The notes under the pieces: generated by a model
What the model was told of the DNA's origin: nothing
Database searches by the model: none
The model's input: only the letters and a program-made list of their open reading frames with translations
Position numbers and translations under genes: made by a program
Source of the DNA: Octopus sinensis
Lineage: Eukaryota
DNA: 64,000 nt
Reading direction: 5' to 3'
NCBI RefSeq assembly: GCF_006345805.1
Contig: NC_043009.1
Coordinates: 13,950,001-14,014,000 of the forward strand
Shown: one piece after another, positions 52,039 to 64,000 of the stretch
Position numbering within the stretch: the stretch's first letter is position 1
Layout: each line of letters opens with the position of its first letter

Positions 52039-53314
52039 GGATCTTTTCTTTTTGATGGACGGAATTCAACACAATTTGTAGTTAACTAAACAATTTGTAT
52101 ACTGGTAGAATGTGTCAAAAGAAAACATTATTTTCACTTGGCTTTTTTGAGAAAATTGTAATTTGTAAGTTTAACGTAGTTTAATTCTTCGAATTTTAAC
52201 CAATGAATTGCTAGTATTTGAGCTCAAATCATTTGCTGCGTTATCAATATTGATAAACAAGCGAGGAGGCATGTGCTAGAAATAACAGCCATATCTCTTA
52301 AATATCAAAAGGAAAAGATCCCACACGCATACAAACACTTGTATATACAAGCGCACCTGCATATAGAAGTAAATATACATACACACGCACACATAGACAA
52401 GTATACATATACATACACAAAGATACATGCTTATACGCATATACGCACGCCGCATACACACACACACACACACACACACTCTCTCTGTCACTCTCTCTCT
52501 CTCTCTCTCTCTCAAACACATGCATATACATTTGCACAAGCACATAGTAATTAATATATAAGCGTACACACACATACAAACGTACACACACATACGCACA
52601 CAAGCATACATACACGTTCGTGAGTTCGCACTGGTGTCGATAGAATCGACTTAATACTTTTGTATCTCATGCTTTGTCCCCTCTGTGTTTTACCCCTTGC
52701 CGGAACAAATTTACACAAAAGGTAAATAAACCAGAAATGGGGCGGTCAATGTTTCATCGTTTAGGGGTCGATAAATTAAGTACCAAATACGCACTGGTGT
52801 CGAGGATTTTTTCCCAAGCTGGGGCATCCTTTTATGAAAAAATATTTCACAAATTTTTACAATACGACCCACACTCCACGCGCACCCTCATATCCCACTC
52901 TAGACCGATTTAGGCATATTACTGTTTTGTTTTTGTTGTTTTTGGCCCTTCAAAACCATGGGAGAAGTCTTTTCGGTAAAAAAAATAAAGAAAATATTCC
53001 AAAAATATCCTTAATATTTTTATTGGGCGACAAAATTCATCTATTTAAGAGATATTGCTGTTATTTCTAGCACATGCCTCCTCGTTTATTTATCAATATT
53101 GATAACGCAGCAAATTATTTGAGCTCAAATGCTGGCAATTCATTGGTTAAAATTCGAAGAATTAAACTACGTTAAACTTACAAATTACAATCTTCTCAAA
53201 AAAGCCAAGTAAAAATAATGTTTTCTTTGACACATTCTACCAGTGTACGAAGTTTCAAATTGTTTAGTTAATTAGAAATTGTGTTGAATTCTGTCCATCA
53301 AAAGGAAAATATCC
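52039..53314. mobile_element. GGATC-ended DNA element with about 265-bp inverted arms and 8-bp TSD
   Basis: Arms about 52039-52304 and 53043-53314; TSD TAATTTTG at 52031-52038 and 53315-53322; subterminal similarity to 31203-31621. Confidence 0.85.
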
Positions 53315-53419
53315 TAATTTTGTTTCTGTACGTAAAGTAACAAAAACTCGAAACTGCAAAATAAGTTTAGAACCATAAGTGTAATGAGTCACGTGACTAA
53401 ACTACTACAGAAGATAATC

Positions 53420-54830
53420 CAGCAAAGATAATCCAGAATGGGAAATCGTGAAGGAGTAGTTAGATCAAACGTAGAAGAGCATTAGACATAAATGGAATCG
53501 TTTGCATTTAACTGCTACTCTGTATCTCGGTACTTGACTGAGCAAACAGGAACAGCTGATCTACTGTTTATCAAAACGCACGATATCTGAAAAAAATTCC
53601 AAGTAATAACTATAATATACTGAAAGAAAATGGTAGTTGTTAGAACTGAACGTTGTAAAAGCATCAGAATTTAAGATTAAGAAGAGTCTGGCAAGGGTGT
53701 ATCTATTATCGAGTCTAATTAATTTTTACGTTGAGATCTTTAGAGAAATAGAAGACAATATAAAGAAGGAGTATCGATAAAATGTATGAACATCAACAGA
53801 TATGCTGAAGACACTGACTCGTTAACTTCCAGTAGAAATGGTAGATAGAACCTTATTAACACAGTAAATGACAAATGAATGGTCTGTGGTATGGAAATTA
53901 AGAAGACCAAATCAATGCTACTCAAGAAGAAGCAATGGTCACCGGTCATCAATACTACAACTTCAGGAAAATCAATATAATTAATAGCGACAGAAGTATT
54001 ATTAATGCCAAAAGGTAATGGTTATCCTCACATAAAATGGATGTTGCGTTTAAACACAGAATACTGCGATAGTTACCATGGGAGGACCTTTTATATGGTG
54101 ATGCATATAAGCACTCTTATTTATATCGCTAGCGGGAGGTAATCAACTGCCATCATCGCCGCTGAAACTACCAGATCATGTAATTTCGGCCTTACGTGGC
54201 TTGTCAATAGCAGACGCCTGAAAGCTAGAAACAGCAACGATTCCACCGCTTGCGATGTACATAGAATGTCAATGCCAGATCAGGTACTGGTGTCGCAAAT
54301 AGCCGGTGGGCTTCTTAAGAAATAAATCAATAGTGACAGAAATGAAGTACCAACGTTAATGTAATTTGGAAACAGAAAATGTGAAGCAGAAATAAAAGGA
54401 ATGAGGAAGCTAGAAAACCACCGTGAGCAAATCTCAAGTAATATAACATTAAGAAACAATAATACGGTAACATCGTAAAATGTTATGGACTGTCCAGTCT
54501 GCTAAATAAGTTTTAAGAGTGTATTACTAAATAGATTACAAGCCTTGGAGACATAATCATAAAGGAAGTTTCAAAATATCAAAGTCGGAACACAAAACTT
54601 GAAATCAAGTACTAAGAATGGTAAAAGCAAAGAAAGAAGAGTTTATAAGTAAAAATAGTTTTCAGGCACTGTCAAAAGAAAGGAAAATAAATCGAGAGTT
54701 AAGTAGATGAATGACATCGGGTTTTGGACTCACTAAAACTAAGTGAATATATAAAAGACAACATAGAAAATACCTTGGTGATCCCTAGTAGGGAACTTGT
54801 TGAGTGGGAATGATATCGGATATAAGGAAA
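53420..54830 (+). pseudogene. Highly decayed RTE-clade LINE RT remnant (interrupted)
   Basis: Frameshifted pieces VWQGCI (GVRQGC), EIFREIED, NINRYAEDT (YADD), GMEIKKTKSM, VKCY..SSLL, MNDIGFW. Confidence 0.6.
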
Positions 54831-55003
54831 TTGAAAACGCGGTGTGAACGATTGAACAACACGACATATGAACAATGTCCTCTTCAACACATCCAAAGCC
54901 GTACTGATGTCATATACTAAACAAGGCTGCTGTGGTCCAGCGGAACAACCTGCTCCAGCACAAAACGCTCCAACAGCTCAACGATATAGATTTCTACTGC
55001 AAG

Positions 55004-55238
55004 AGGCGGTGAGCTGGCAGAATCGTTAGCACGCCGGGCGAAATGCGTAGCCGTATTTCGTCTGCCGTTACGTTCTGAGTTCAAATTCCGCCGAGGTCGA
55101 CTTTGCCTTTCATCCTTTCGGGGTCGATAAATTAAGTACCAGATACGCACTGGGGTTGATATAATCGACTTAATCCATTTGTCTGTCCTTGTTTGTCCCC
55201 TCTCTGTATTTAGCCCCTTCTGGGAAATAAATAAATAA
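55004..55238 (+). mobile_element. SINE family A monomer with 20-bp TSD
   Basis: ATATAGATTTCTACTGCAAG at 54984-55003 and 55239-55258. Confidence 0.92.
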
Positions 55239-56044
55239 ATATAGATTTCTACTGCAAGTTACCAAAGGTTTACACACCATAGAACCATATAATTAAAGTA
55301 CTAATTTCTTCTTTTACACTACTCCTTGTGCTACTACACCTCGTAATTCTGCCATTTTTTCTCAGAGCTAATCATCTCGATCGCCTCCTTATTGTTCCAT
55401 TGAACGCCTCTCTAGCTACTTTGATAAACTCATGTTACTCTTTGCTAGTGTTCGTCACCTCATATATGAAAACATTAACCATACCCTTGACCCGTTGACC
55501 CCCCCTCCCCGCCAGTACACTTTAACGGGTGCTATTTCGTTTGACTATAACCCTGGAAGACGCAAAAGTGTACAAACGCATGCTTCTGCGTTTATGGCTG
55601 GAAATAACAATGTTCTGACAACTAGTGGGCCTTAAACACAAAACACGCCAGTACCCAACTCTTCGTCTTCTATGAGTGTAGTCAAAAGAAATCGTTCCCT
55701 CTAAAGCAAACTCAAGGATTCAGATGGCTAGTTTTTCAACTTATTGCTTTCTCTGCAGGACTTCCACAACTAATAATCATAATGGTTGCAAAATCCTTTT
55801 TCTACCGTCATTACCCGCATTGACGAGCTCGTAGTCTTATATTTCGCCTCACAACTGGACAACAATACGTCTCTACTCGTCCTTACTATCAACTGCTTGT
55901 ATTTTCCAGTAAGTTCTGTCCACAAGTTACTGAGGTACTAAAATTGATCCTATTTACGAAAATCTCTTTCCTGGAGCAGATAGGTTGAGTCTTATGGTCA
56001 TTACTCGAAGGATTTTATCATGCTTTTGAATGTTGCAGTCATAA

Positions 56045-56104
56045 CAGGCAGTGACCTGAATAATAATAACAATGATGATGATGATAATGATGATGATGAT
56101 GATG

Positions 56105-56195
<91 letters not shown>

Positions 56196-56351
56196 CCACA
56201 TCATACCTTAGGAATGAGAACCCAGGTTCGAAATTTCCCAAAGACACCTGATGAAGGCTGGAGGGTATATCAGCCGAAACGTTGTGTTAACAACAAACAA
56301 GATGAGGACAAATATCCGTCAAATGTAAATAATGTAAATAATGTAAATAAT
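56045..56351 (+). mobile_element. SINE family E (5' truncated) with expanded internal (TAA)/(GAT) and hammerhead
   Basis: CAGGCAGTGACCTGAATAATAA...TACCTTAGGAATGAGAACCCAGGTTCGAAATTTCCC...HHR...tail (AATGTAAAT)3. Confidence 0.8.
56243..56288 (+). ncRNA. Minimal type I hammerhead ribozyme motif, intact
   Basis: GACAC-CTGATGA-A-GGCTG gagggtatat CAGCC-GAAA-CG-TT-GTGTT; helix III is the loopless palindrome AACGTT; predicted cut after 56283. Confidence 0.75.
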
Positions 56352-56456
56352 GAAGGATTCTTTCAGTTTCTGTCTACCAAACAAGGCTTTGGTCAGCCTG
56401 TAATTATAGTAGAAAACACTTGGCCAAGGTGCCACGTAGTGGGATTGAACCGAAAA

Positions 56457-56487
<31 letters not shown>

Positions 56488-56490
56488 TAT

Positions 56491-56653
56491 AGGCGCAGGA
56501 GTGGCTGTGTGGTAAGTAGCTTGTTTACCGACCACATGGTTCCGGGTTCAGTCCCACTGCGTGGCACCTTGGGCAAGTGTCTTCTACTATAGCTTCGGGC
56601 CGACCAAAGCCTTGTGAGTGGATTTGGTAGACGGAAACTGAAAGAAGCCTGTC

Positions 56654-56695
<42 letters not shown>

Positions 56696-56900
56696 ATGTG
56701 TGTCTGTGTTTGTCCCCCTAGCATTGCTTGACAACCGATGCTGGTGTGTTTACGTCCCCGAAACTTAGCGGTTCGGCAAAAGAGACTGATAGAATAAGTA
56801 CTGGGCTTACAAAGAATAAGTCCCGGGGTGGATTTGCTCGACTAAAGGCGGTGCTCCAGCATGGCCGCAGTCAATTGACTGAAACAAGCAAGTAAAAGAG
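56491..56900 (+). mobile_element. SINE family C, full length
   Basis: Complete head-to-tail copy after (TA)n. Confidence 0.9.
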
Positions 56901-56980
56901 CATATATATATATATATATATTCTCTTTCTTCTCTGTCTTAGTCCCTCCCTCTTGTTTTATCTCTCTCTTTATCTCTCTC

Positions 56981-57019
<39 letters not shown>

Positions 57020-57274
57020 CTCTTTGCAAAAATATTCTCACGTCCGTACACACGCACTTACACTCAAATAATACACAAACATACACACACACAAGCACAC
57101 ATGCACAATCATAGATGCATAGACGTGTGTGTGTGTGTGTGTGTCTTTGTGCGAGTGCACAAATGCATTTCTGTGCTCGTATGTGTCTGTACTCGTAAAT
57201 CTAGTTTATATGCATATTTATGTCTGTTTGTGTATACGTATATATTTATATATTTACAATATTTTATTTATGCG

Positions 57275-57576
57275 CCCTTTTCAAGCCTAGCCAGTCTCAT
57301 GGGCCCGGTTTCCCGGTTTCTATGGCGTATGTGTTCCCCCTCAGCTGGACGGGACGCCAGTCTATCGCAGCGTTACTCAAGAAACAGGAAGAAAGAGTGA
57401 GAGAAAGTTGGAGCGAAAAAGTACAACAGTGGTCGCTACCACCTCCTGCCGGAGGCTCGTGGAACTTTAGGGAATTTTCGCTGAATAAACACACACAACG
57501 CCCGGTCTGGGAATCGAAACCACGATCCTCCGACCGCGAGTCCGCTTCCCTAACCACTGGGCCATTGCGTCTCCAC
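57275..57576 (-). mobile_element. SINE family B, tail type 3
   Basis: B head and body, then GAGTAACGCTGCGATAGACTGGCGTCCCGTCCAGCTG...GAAACCGGG tail. Confidence 0.8.
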
Positions 57577-57678
57577 ATATATTTACAATAGCAAGTATGA
57601 ACGTCTGGTTTAGAAATTCGTTTCACAATCTTGTGGTTCTGGTTTCGGTCGCACAGCGCTGCACCACGAACGAGCAGG

Positions 57679-58050
57679 TATCTTCGCTCTAGTTTGGTTG
57701 GCACAATTTCCGTCATTACGAAACGACACACAGAGAAAGTATTGCTGATCCAGTCTCACGTCGCAATACCTTGACCAAATATCTTCTCTCTAGTTTTGTT
57801 AGCACAGTTTCCACCATTACGAAACAACACACACGAAGTATTGCTTGAATAACAGAGGACAGGGGGCAGTTTTTAAACAGGATTTTAGTGTAAGCTGATC
57901 CAGTCTCACGGCGCAGTACTTTGAGCAAGTATCTTCTCTCTAGTTTTGTTGGCACAATTTCAATTTACGAAATAACGCGCTCTAAGTATTGCATGGATAA
58001 CAGACGAGACGCGGACATTTTCAAACAAGATTACAACATAAACTGATCCG
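57679..58050. repeat. Degenerate about 150-bp minisatellite, about 2.5-3 units
   Basis: TATCTTC(G/T)CTCTAGTTT at 57679, 57780, 57930; CTGATCC at 57745, 57895, 58043. Confidence 0.8.
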
Positions 58051-58351
58051 GTAATTGCAGCTTTATTCAGTCACTTGCATTTTGGGAGTCCAATCTGCTG
58101 CCAATTAAGAACACCCAAGAACAATAGCACTAAGTATTATCAAAATTATACAACACCACCACCGCAACACCAACGACTCCGGCTACAACACCATGACTAT
58201 ACCACACACATGGACACTTAACCACACCACTCGTTACCTTACAATATCTCAATACCCCACCATCATCATTATCATCATTATCACCATACTACACCCTAAC
58301 TAAATAAACTGCCACCATCACCGCCGCCACCACTCAAGGTCTGAAGTGGGC

Positions 58352-58445
58352 GTCGTAACCGTTTACGAATTTTATGACAGTCGTAAATCTTGCGACATGT
58401 CTTGCAGAGTAGGGTGTCGGACGTAGTGGAGAGCACCATAAATCA
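58352..58445. promoter_or_regulatory. Cluster of posterior-Hox/Cdx-like and PBC-Hox-like motifs (putative enhancer)
   Basis: GTCGTAA, TTTACGA, TTTTATGAC, GTCGTAAA within 36 bp, plus CCATAAATCA (reverse complement TGATTTATGG). Motif match only. Confidence 0.25.
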
Positions 58446-58594
58446 ATCCCAGCAGCCCGTGCGTCTACACCCCCTCCACACACACAGTCACTGTTTACAC
58501 AACGTCAGAATGTCATTATAGGATTTCCCTCCAGCCCTAGACTTCTCTTCGTCACTTTCTTTCTTCCTTTCTCTCTTTCTCTCTCTCTTTCTCG

Positions 58595-58626
<32 letters not shown>

Positions 58627-58779
58627 TACAAACATACACACAGGTTTATGAACACCCACATACACTTACCACACCACAAGCATTCTCCCTCTCTCTCTCT
58701 GTCTCTCTCTCTCTCTCTCTCTTTCTCACTCTCTCCTTTTCCTTTCTTTCTAAAGTTATATCAGACTGTATTGGCTTGT

Positions 58780-58986
58780 AATTGCGAATGTGTGTGTATG
58801 TGTCAGCTTCTGCGTGTGTGTATGTGTGTGTGTGTATATGTGTGTGTACGGTGTGTGTGCCTCTGCGTGTGCGTGTCTGTCTGTCTGTGTGTTTATGTGT
58901 CTGCTTTTATCTGTGTGTGTGTGTGTGTGTGTGTCTGTCTGTCTCTATATGTGTATCTGTCTGCCTCTGTGTGTGTGTGTGTGTAA

Positions 58987-59017
<31 letters not shown>

Positions 59018-59938
59018 TGTGTGTGTGTGTGTGTGTCTGCCTCTGTCTGTGTGTGTATATCTGTCCGCTACTATGTGTGTGTGTGCGCGCGTGTGCTTCT
59101 TTGTCAATCTGTGTACGTTGGTTTGTGACCATATTATGTTTTGTGTGTGTAAGACATTTTTTGTTGTTGCTTTGACAAGGCGGTTGATGACGACAACAAC
59201 AACAACAACACCAACACCGTCAACAACCGTGCGAGCATGACACAGCAACAGCAAAAACTAAACAACAAAAACAAAGAATGGAACTAACAACGACAGCAAC
59301 AACGACTGCTAAGTAAACATGGACGGCGGCCAGTATCTATGTAGGAAGGATTGTTATAGTTTTGTTGTTTGGTGGAAGTGGACGGTGGATCGGAGATGGC
59401 GGACGAGTATGAGCAAGCGTGTGTGTGCGTGTGTACGAGTGTGTGTGTATTGACAAGCATAGACACACAAATAAGCATGTGTGTGTGTATATGTGTATGT
59501 GTATGCGAATACGTGTGTGTGTGTGTGTGGTTGTGTCAGGTAGTTGCGGTGGTGTGACACTTTCGATTTCCTTTCAGAGAAAGTTGGTTCTCGTGAACTT
59601 CTTGATCGTCATCGTCGCTGTCGTCTGTGACGACAACGACGGTAGTGCTGGTGTACTGTTTGTTGTTGTTGTTGGTGGTGGTGGTGGTGTTGTGTAGGAG
59701 ATGGCTACACACGCACACACACACATACACACACACAAACATACACATACACACACACATACACACACTCTAACTCTTTCTCACTCAGTGTGCGTGTGTA
59801 TGTGTGTGTGTGTGTGCGTGTGTGTGCATGTGTATGTATGTGCATGTGTGCGAGTGTATGTATGTATGTGCATGTGTGTGTGTGTATGTGTGTAAGTGTG
59901 TGCGTGTGTGTATGTGTGTGTGCGTGTGTGTATGTGTA

Positions 59939-59969
<31 letters not shown>

Positions 59970-60060
59970 GCATGTGTGCGTGTGTGTGTGTGCATGTGTG
60001 TGTGTGCATGTGTTTGTGTGTATGTGTGTGTGTGCGTGTGTGTATGTGTGTGTGTGTGAA
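58780..60060. repeat. Extended (GT)n/(CA)n-rich compound microsatellite region
   Basis: Seen directly; explains all ORFs called here. Confidence 0.9.
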
Positions 60061-60329
60061 AGTGCCTATGTCTGTCCCTACACATTTCCCTTTCGGGTTT
60101 CCTACTCGGCATCATTTATGTGCCCTCTTGAAAGCAGTCCATAAAAATATGTTACTGAAATTAGGACATCCTGTTGTTGAAGGGCTTTCTTTTTATTTCA
60201 TCTTTTATTTTATTCTATTTCATTTTTTGTCTTTTTTTTTGCCAGACATCCCTGACTTAGCTTTTTGTTTTTACTCTCGGAACAAGAAGCATAGAAATAA
60301 AATGTGATGGCTTATATCAGCAACCTAGT

Positions 60330-60600
60330 AAATTGATATGACTTCCAACAATGTATCGAAGATTCTCGTTCTAAGTTTAAAATTTAACTATTGATCTAGA
60401 ACATGCGACTGTTTACATGCTTAAATTTCTTCAGATTATGTAGAAGGCCTATTGTTAAACTGGGGGACAAATATGATCGATAGACTCGTCCCAGTATAGT
60501 GTTATCATTTACTTCCATCTGCAGAGATGAATGGTTAAGCTGACCCAACCAGAATAAAAGGGACAAAACTATGGTCTTCATACTTTATCGGGGTGCCACC
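60330..60600 (-). pseudogene. Possible CR1/L2-type LINE APE endonuclease remnant
   Basis: DNTILGRVYRS..SPS resembles the APE G.IYRSPS motif; downstream motifs are degraded. Confidence 0.3.
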
Positions 60601-61020
60601 TCTTTGGCACTTGGACCATATTCCTAGCGCCCCACATCCCACTCACCACCATAAACAGAGACGATTTTCTGCAGCAAATCAAAACAGCTGCATTTCACAA
60701 ATAAAAACTTGACCTAATTAACCCATTATTTTCTTGCCTTTATATCCACTGTCCCCTTTTGGCTACCCCATTATCGCCCCACTTTTCTTCAATGCCCCTT
60801 TCTTTGATCTAAGGGAACCATTGTCATAAAGCATTTAACATACGCTAATTTAAAACCATACCTTCCCAACGAAGTATTATATCTTACTTTGGAATACTTT
60901 TCTAACATTAACGGTGCATGATAAAGGAATTTACTTTTACATAATTTGCCGTTAATGTACAGCACTTCAAATAACTATTTGATATATATTTACCCTTTAC
61001 ATAACAACGTAGTAATAAAT

Positions 61021-61218
61021 TCATTTAATAAAGTTTCTTAATTTCGGTATCGCGCAGCACAATAGGGCCTTAAGGTCCTTGCACAGTTCCTGTAGCATAC
61101 GAATTTCATTATGAAAAGGAGTCGCCAGCACCTCGTTGAAAACCTTCTGACCTTTTGGAGAAAAGTACGCAGTGAGTAATACCACCACGATACTTCTTAT
61201 AGCATAAGTCAGCCGCTT
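61021..61218 (-). CDS. Candidate coding exon of an unidentified gene
   Basis: Strong acceptor (CT)n-CCTATTTTCAG followed by 65 non-repetitive codons KRLTYAIRSIVVVLLTAYFSPKGQKVFNEVLATPFHNEIRMLQELCKDLKALLCCAIPKLRNFIK*; no recognised homology. Confidence 0.25.
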   Translation of the reverse strand, partial: KRLTYAIRSIVVVLLTAYFSPKGQKVFNEVLATPFHNEIRMLQELCKDLKALLCCAIPKLRNFIK

Positions 61219-61228
61219 CTGAAAATAG

Positions 61229-61301
<73 letters not shown>

Positions 61302-62978
61302 ATGACAAAAAATAGATTAACTAGAATATCACTGGTACTTTACTTATCGATTCCAAAATAATGAAAAAGTAAAGTTTACCTTGACAAAAATTTGAACTCA
61401 TAGTCAAGACAACCGGATTACGCGAAAACAAATGTGTCTGTTTCTATATTAAAAGAACTGGATAGCTGGAGCTCTTGGAGAATGATCCTCACCATTTAGA
61501 GACTGCATATCTTCAAAGGTTTTTCTGAAAATGATTCTACTGCAAAAAGCTCCCGTCAACTTCCGTTTCTCTATACTTCAAACTTCAGCTCTGGAGAATC
61601 TAATGAAGAATTATTAGGGACAAGATAAAAAGAAGTGATCCTAAAACTTATTCTATCAACGTTGGAAAAACTGTATCATAATATTACATAGTAAAAAGGT
61701 GACATGCATCAAGTGCTGTGGTTCTCAAACTTTAATGGAATTACGAATCATTTCTTCTCTAAGCCAAAGTTTGAATGCAAAGCGAGGAAGCTGAGGCTGT
61801 TAGTCATTCCTGCCCAAGTGAATGATCTATTTTTAGATACTTTGCTACTAGACTTCACTCCAAGACTTAACGTAGCAACAATATTATTGAAAGTTTGCTT
61901 TGGTGACATATACTCGGCAATAACATGGTCCTTGTTCCATTCCGGCATAAACGCAAAAACAAGAAATGGAATTCCTGTCAGAATTGTTTCCTTTAATATA
62001 CGAGGCGTATAAACATCATTGCCATCTGTTACAGGCATGGACAGCCTTTTTTTTTCTTTTTCTTTTTTTTCAGTAAACCTTACGGGTTATTGTTTATCAT
62101 CAACCAAGCCGCAACACTAAAAGTTAAATTTAAGCATCACATGTAGCAGAGTACATATCACGCATTATCGTAAGAAAGTGTGAGTGAACACGAGAAAAAG
62201 AAACGAAATTGCTCAGATTAACAAATCTGGAACGAAAGATAATGCAATAAATCTTTCGTAATTATGTTATATTATAATCATAAAGTGACGAATGCCCAGC
62301 AAAAATACATAAACAACAACGGGCTGAGTACCACAAGTCATGCCTAATCTATGAGATCAGAATAGGGATCAACTACTTCTTAGCACGCCCCGGATATGAG
62401 CCATGATAACGCATCTTGGGTGACGAGTGAAACTCTATGTTGTCACTTGATCTGTTAGAAATATCAGCTGAGAGTCTTTCAATTCACACCTTAACGTCCC
62501 TGAAAAAGAAAGAAAACGGACATACTGCAGAATATAGTGTAGGATATTTCCATAAGAAGATGGAATGGTCATAGCTGAAATGTCTGTGATTGTTCTAATT
62601 CATTAAGGGTAACGACCACACAAAAATATAAGGGCCATCACTTTTATGGCTCAGGCAGAAGCGGAAAGCAGCGCATCATTTGCGGATCCTTGGCCAAGTT
62701 TAAGGTAAAGAACAACTAAAACGGAAGCAACATTACCAACTTGAACAGTAGCAAGAATCAAAGAGCTGAATTTCGGGTCGAAAGATAAACTGGTCAATAT
62801 CACAAATTGTGGATTAGCTGAATCGTTTATGAGTGGAATAAGATATCTTGCACAATTCGTCCCGAATCTCCCTCTCTCACCTACTCACTTTTCTCTCCCT
62901 CTTTCACCTTTCTCTCTCTCTCCCTCTTTCTCCCCTCTCTCCATCTTTCTCCCCTCTCTCCCTCTCCCTCTTTCTCCT

Positions 62979-63017
<39 letters not shown>

Positions 63018-64000
63018 TCCTTCCCTTTCTGGATTCTGGATTATCCCTGTTGCCGAAAGGCCTACTCAACTCAAGATAAACATTGCAGTAAGGATACACG
63101 TGATCGTAAAATAATCTACTGCTTACACGTTGATTGCAGAACTGAATGATCATCGTCGACACCGACGGAGAATCGTCAACTGTTTAACATTACGAGATCA
63201 TAAGCAATAGCATAACCTCATCTCCGAAATTATGTTAATTCCAACACTTTTGCTTTCGTCTTTAAATTTCATTGATATGGGGGTACTGTGTACTTTAGCC
63301 CCTCATTCCCAATCAAACTTTATGGAACAGAAAAGTTATTATTAAATATAATAATTAAAACGTTTCCTACTATTACAAAGTAATTATGAATTGTAGTGTG
63401 AAATATGGTTCCGAAATGTCCATCAGACATAAAATTGTTATCGCAACATCTAATTCGTTAATTAAATTATTGCGCTTTATTAGATAATGAATTAGATTTG
63501 CAGTACTTTTTATGATACTTAGAAGACTACTTCTAAATGAATATCATATTTGGTGTCACAGAATCGAATCGGGAGACTTTGTTAAATTAATTAAACAGAG
63601 ACAATTGAATCTTAATTATAATACCGAAATTGTGACTGCAGTTTACATTAGAGTATTTATATATTTATTCATTCATTCATTCATTTTACTGAATTGTATT
63701 TTCAGCATAAGGTTGCAACACTGGGCAAAAGTTTATTTTATCAGGTGAAGGAAAAAATAACCTGAATATCATCAGAGATTCATGGATGTAAATCGCATTT
63801 GTAAATTGTACTGATGAGAGTTATTTCCCTTATATCGTTTCGCGTGAACCCAAAAGCCATTGTAGCTTAGATAGTGAACGTGTTTGATTTACTGTTAAAG
63901 TTCGTATTCTGTTATTAAAAATTTCCCTTAGCGTTTTCTTTTCTTTTCTTTTTTCTCCTTTCTGGTGCTGATAAAATAAATACCATCCATTAATATTAGC

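Noticed and set aside
62646-62704. ATG...AAG|GTAAAG as a first coding exon (MAQAEAESSASFADPWPSLR)
   Set aside because: Only 59 nt; a chance ATG plus donor is common and no downstream exon or homology supports it.

Overview
AT-rich, microsatellite-dense eukaryotic non-coding DNA, most likely octopod (Octopus-like) intronic or intergenic sequence; this is inferred from the SINE repertoire and the (TA)n/(GT)n/(TAA)n load. No host gene is recognisable, and nearly all supplied ORFs are translated microsatellites. The window is a patchwork of tRNA-derived SINEs (at least 5 families, several with clear TSDs), decayed LINEs (RTE, an R4/Dong-like RLE 3' end, possibly CR1), internally deleted Tc1/mariner elements, 8-bp-TSD MITEs with GGATC ends and non-autonomous Helitrons (including a head-to-tail trimer). 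The most striking signal is about 15 type I hammerhead-ribozyme (HHR) motifs, intact to degenerate, from about nine unrelated short repeat families. Six of these loci are head-to-head palindromes with the HHR at or near the apex; five of the six run out into or abut (TA)n. One locus is a 590-nt retrozyme-like monomer repeat. One family is a tRNA-headed SINE carrying an HHR just before its 3' tail. All HHR calls are by-eye structure assignments; activity is untested.
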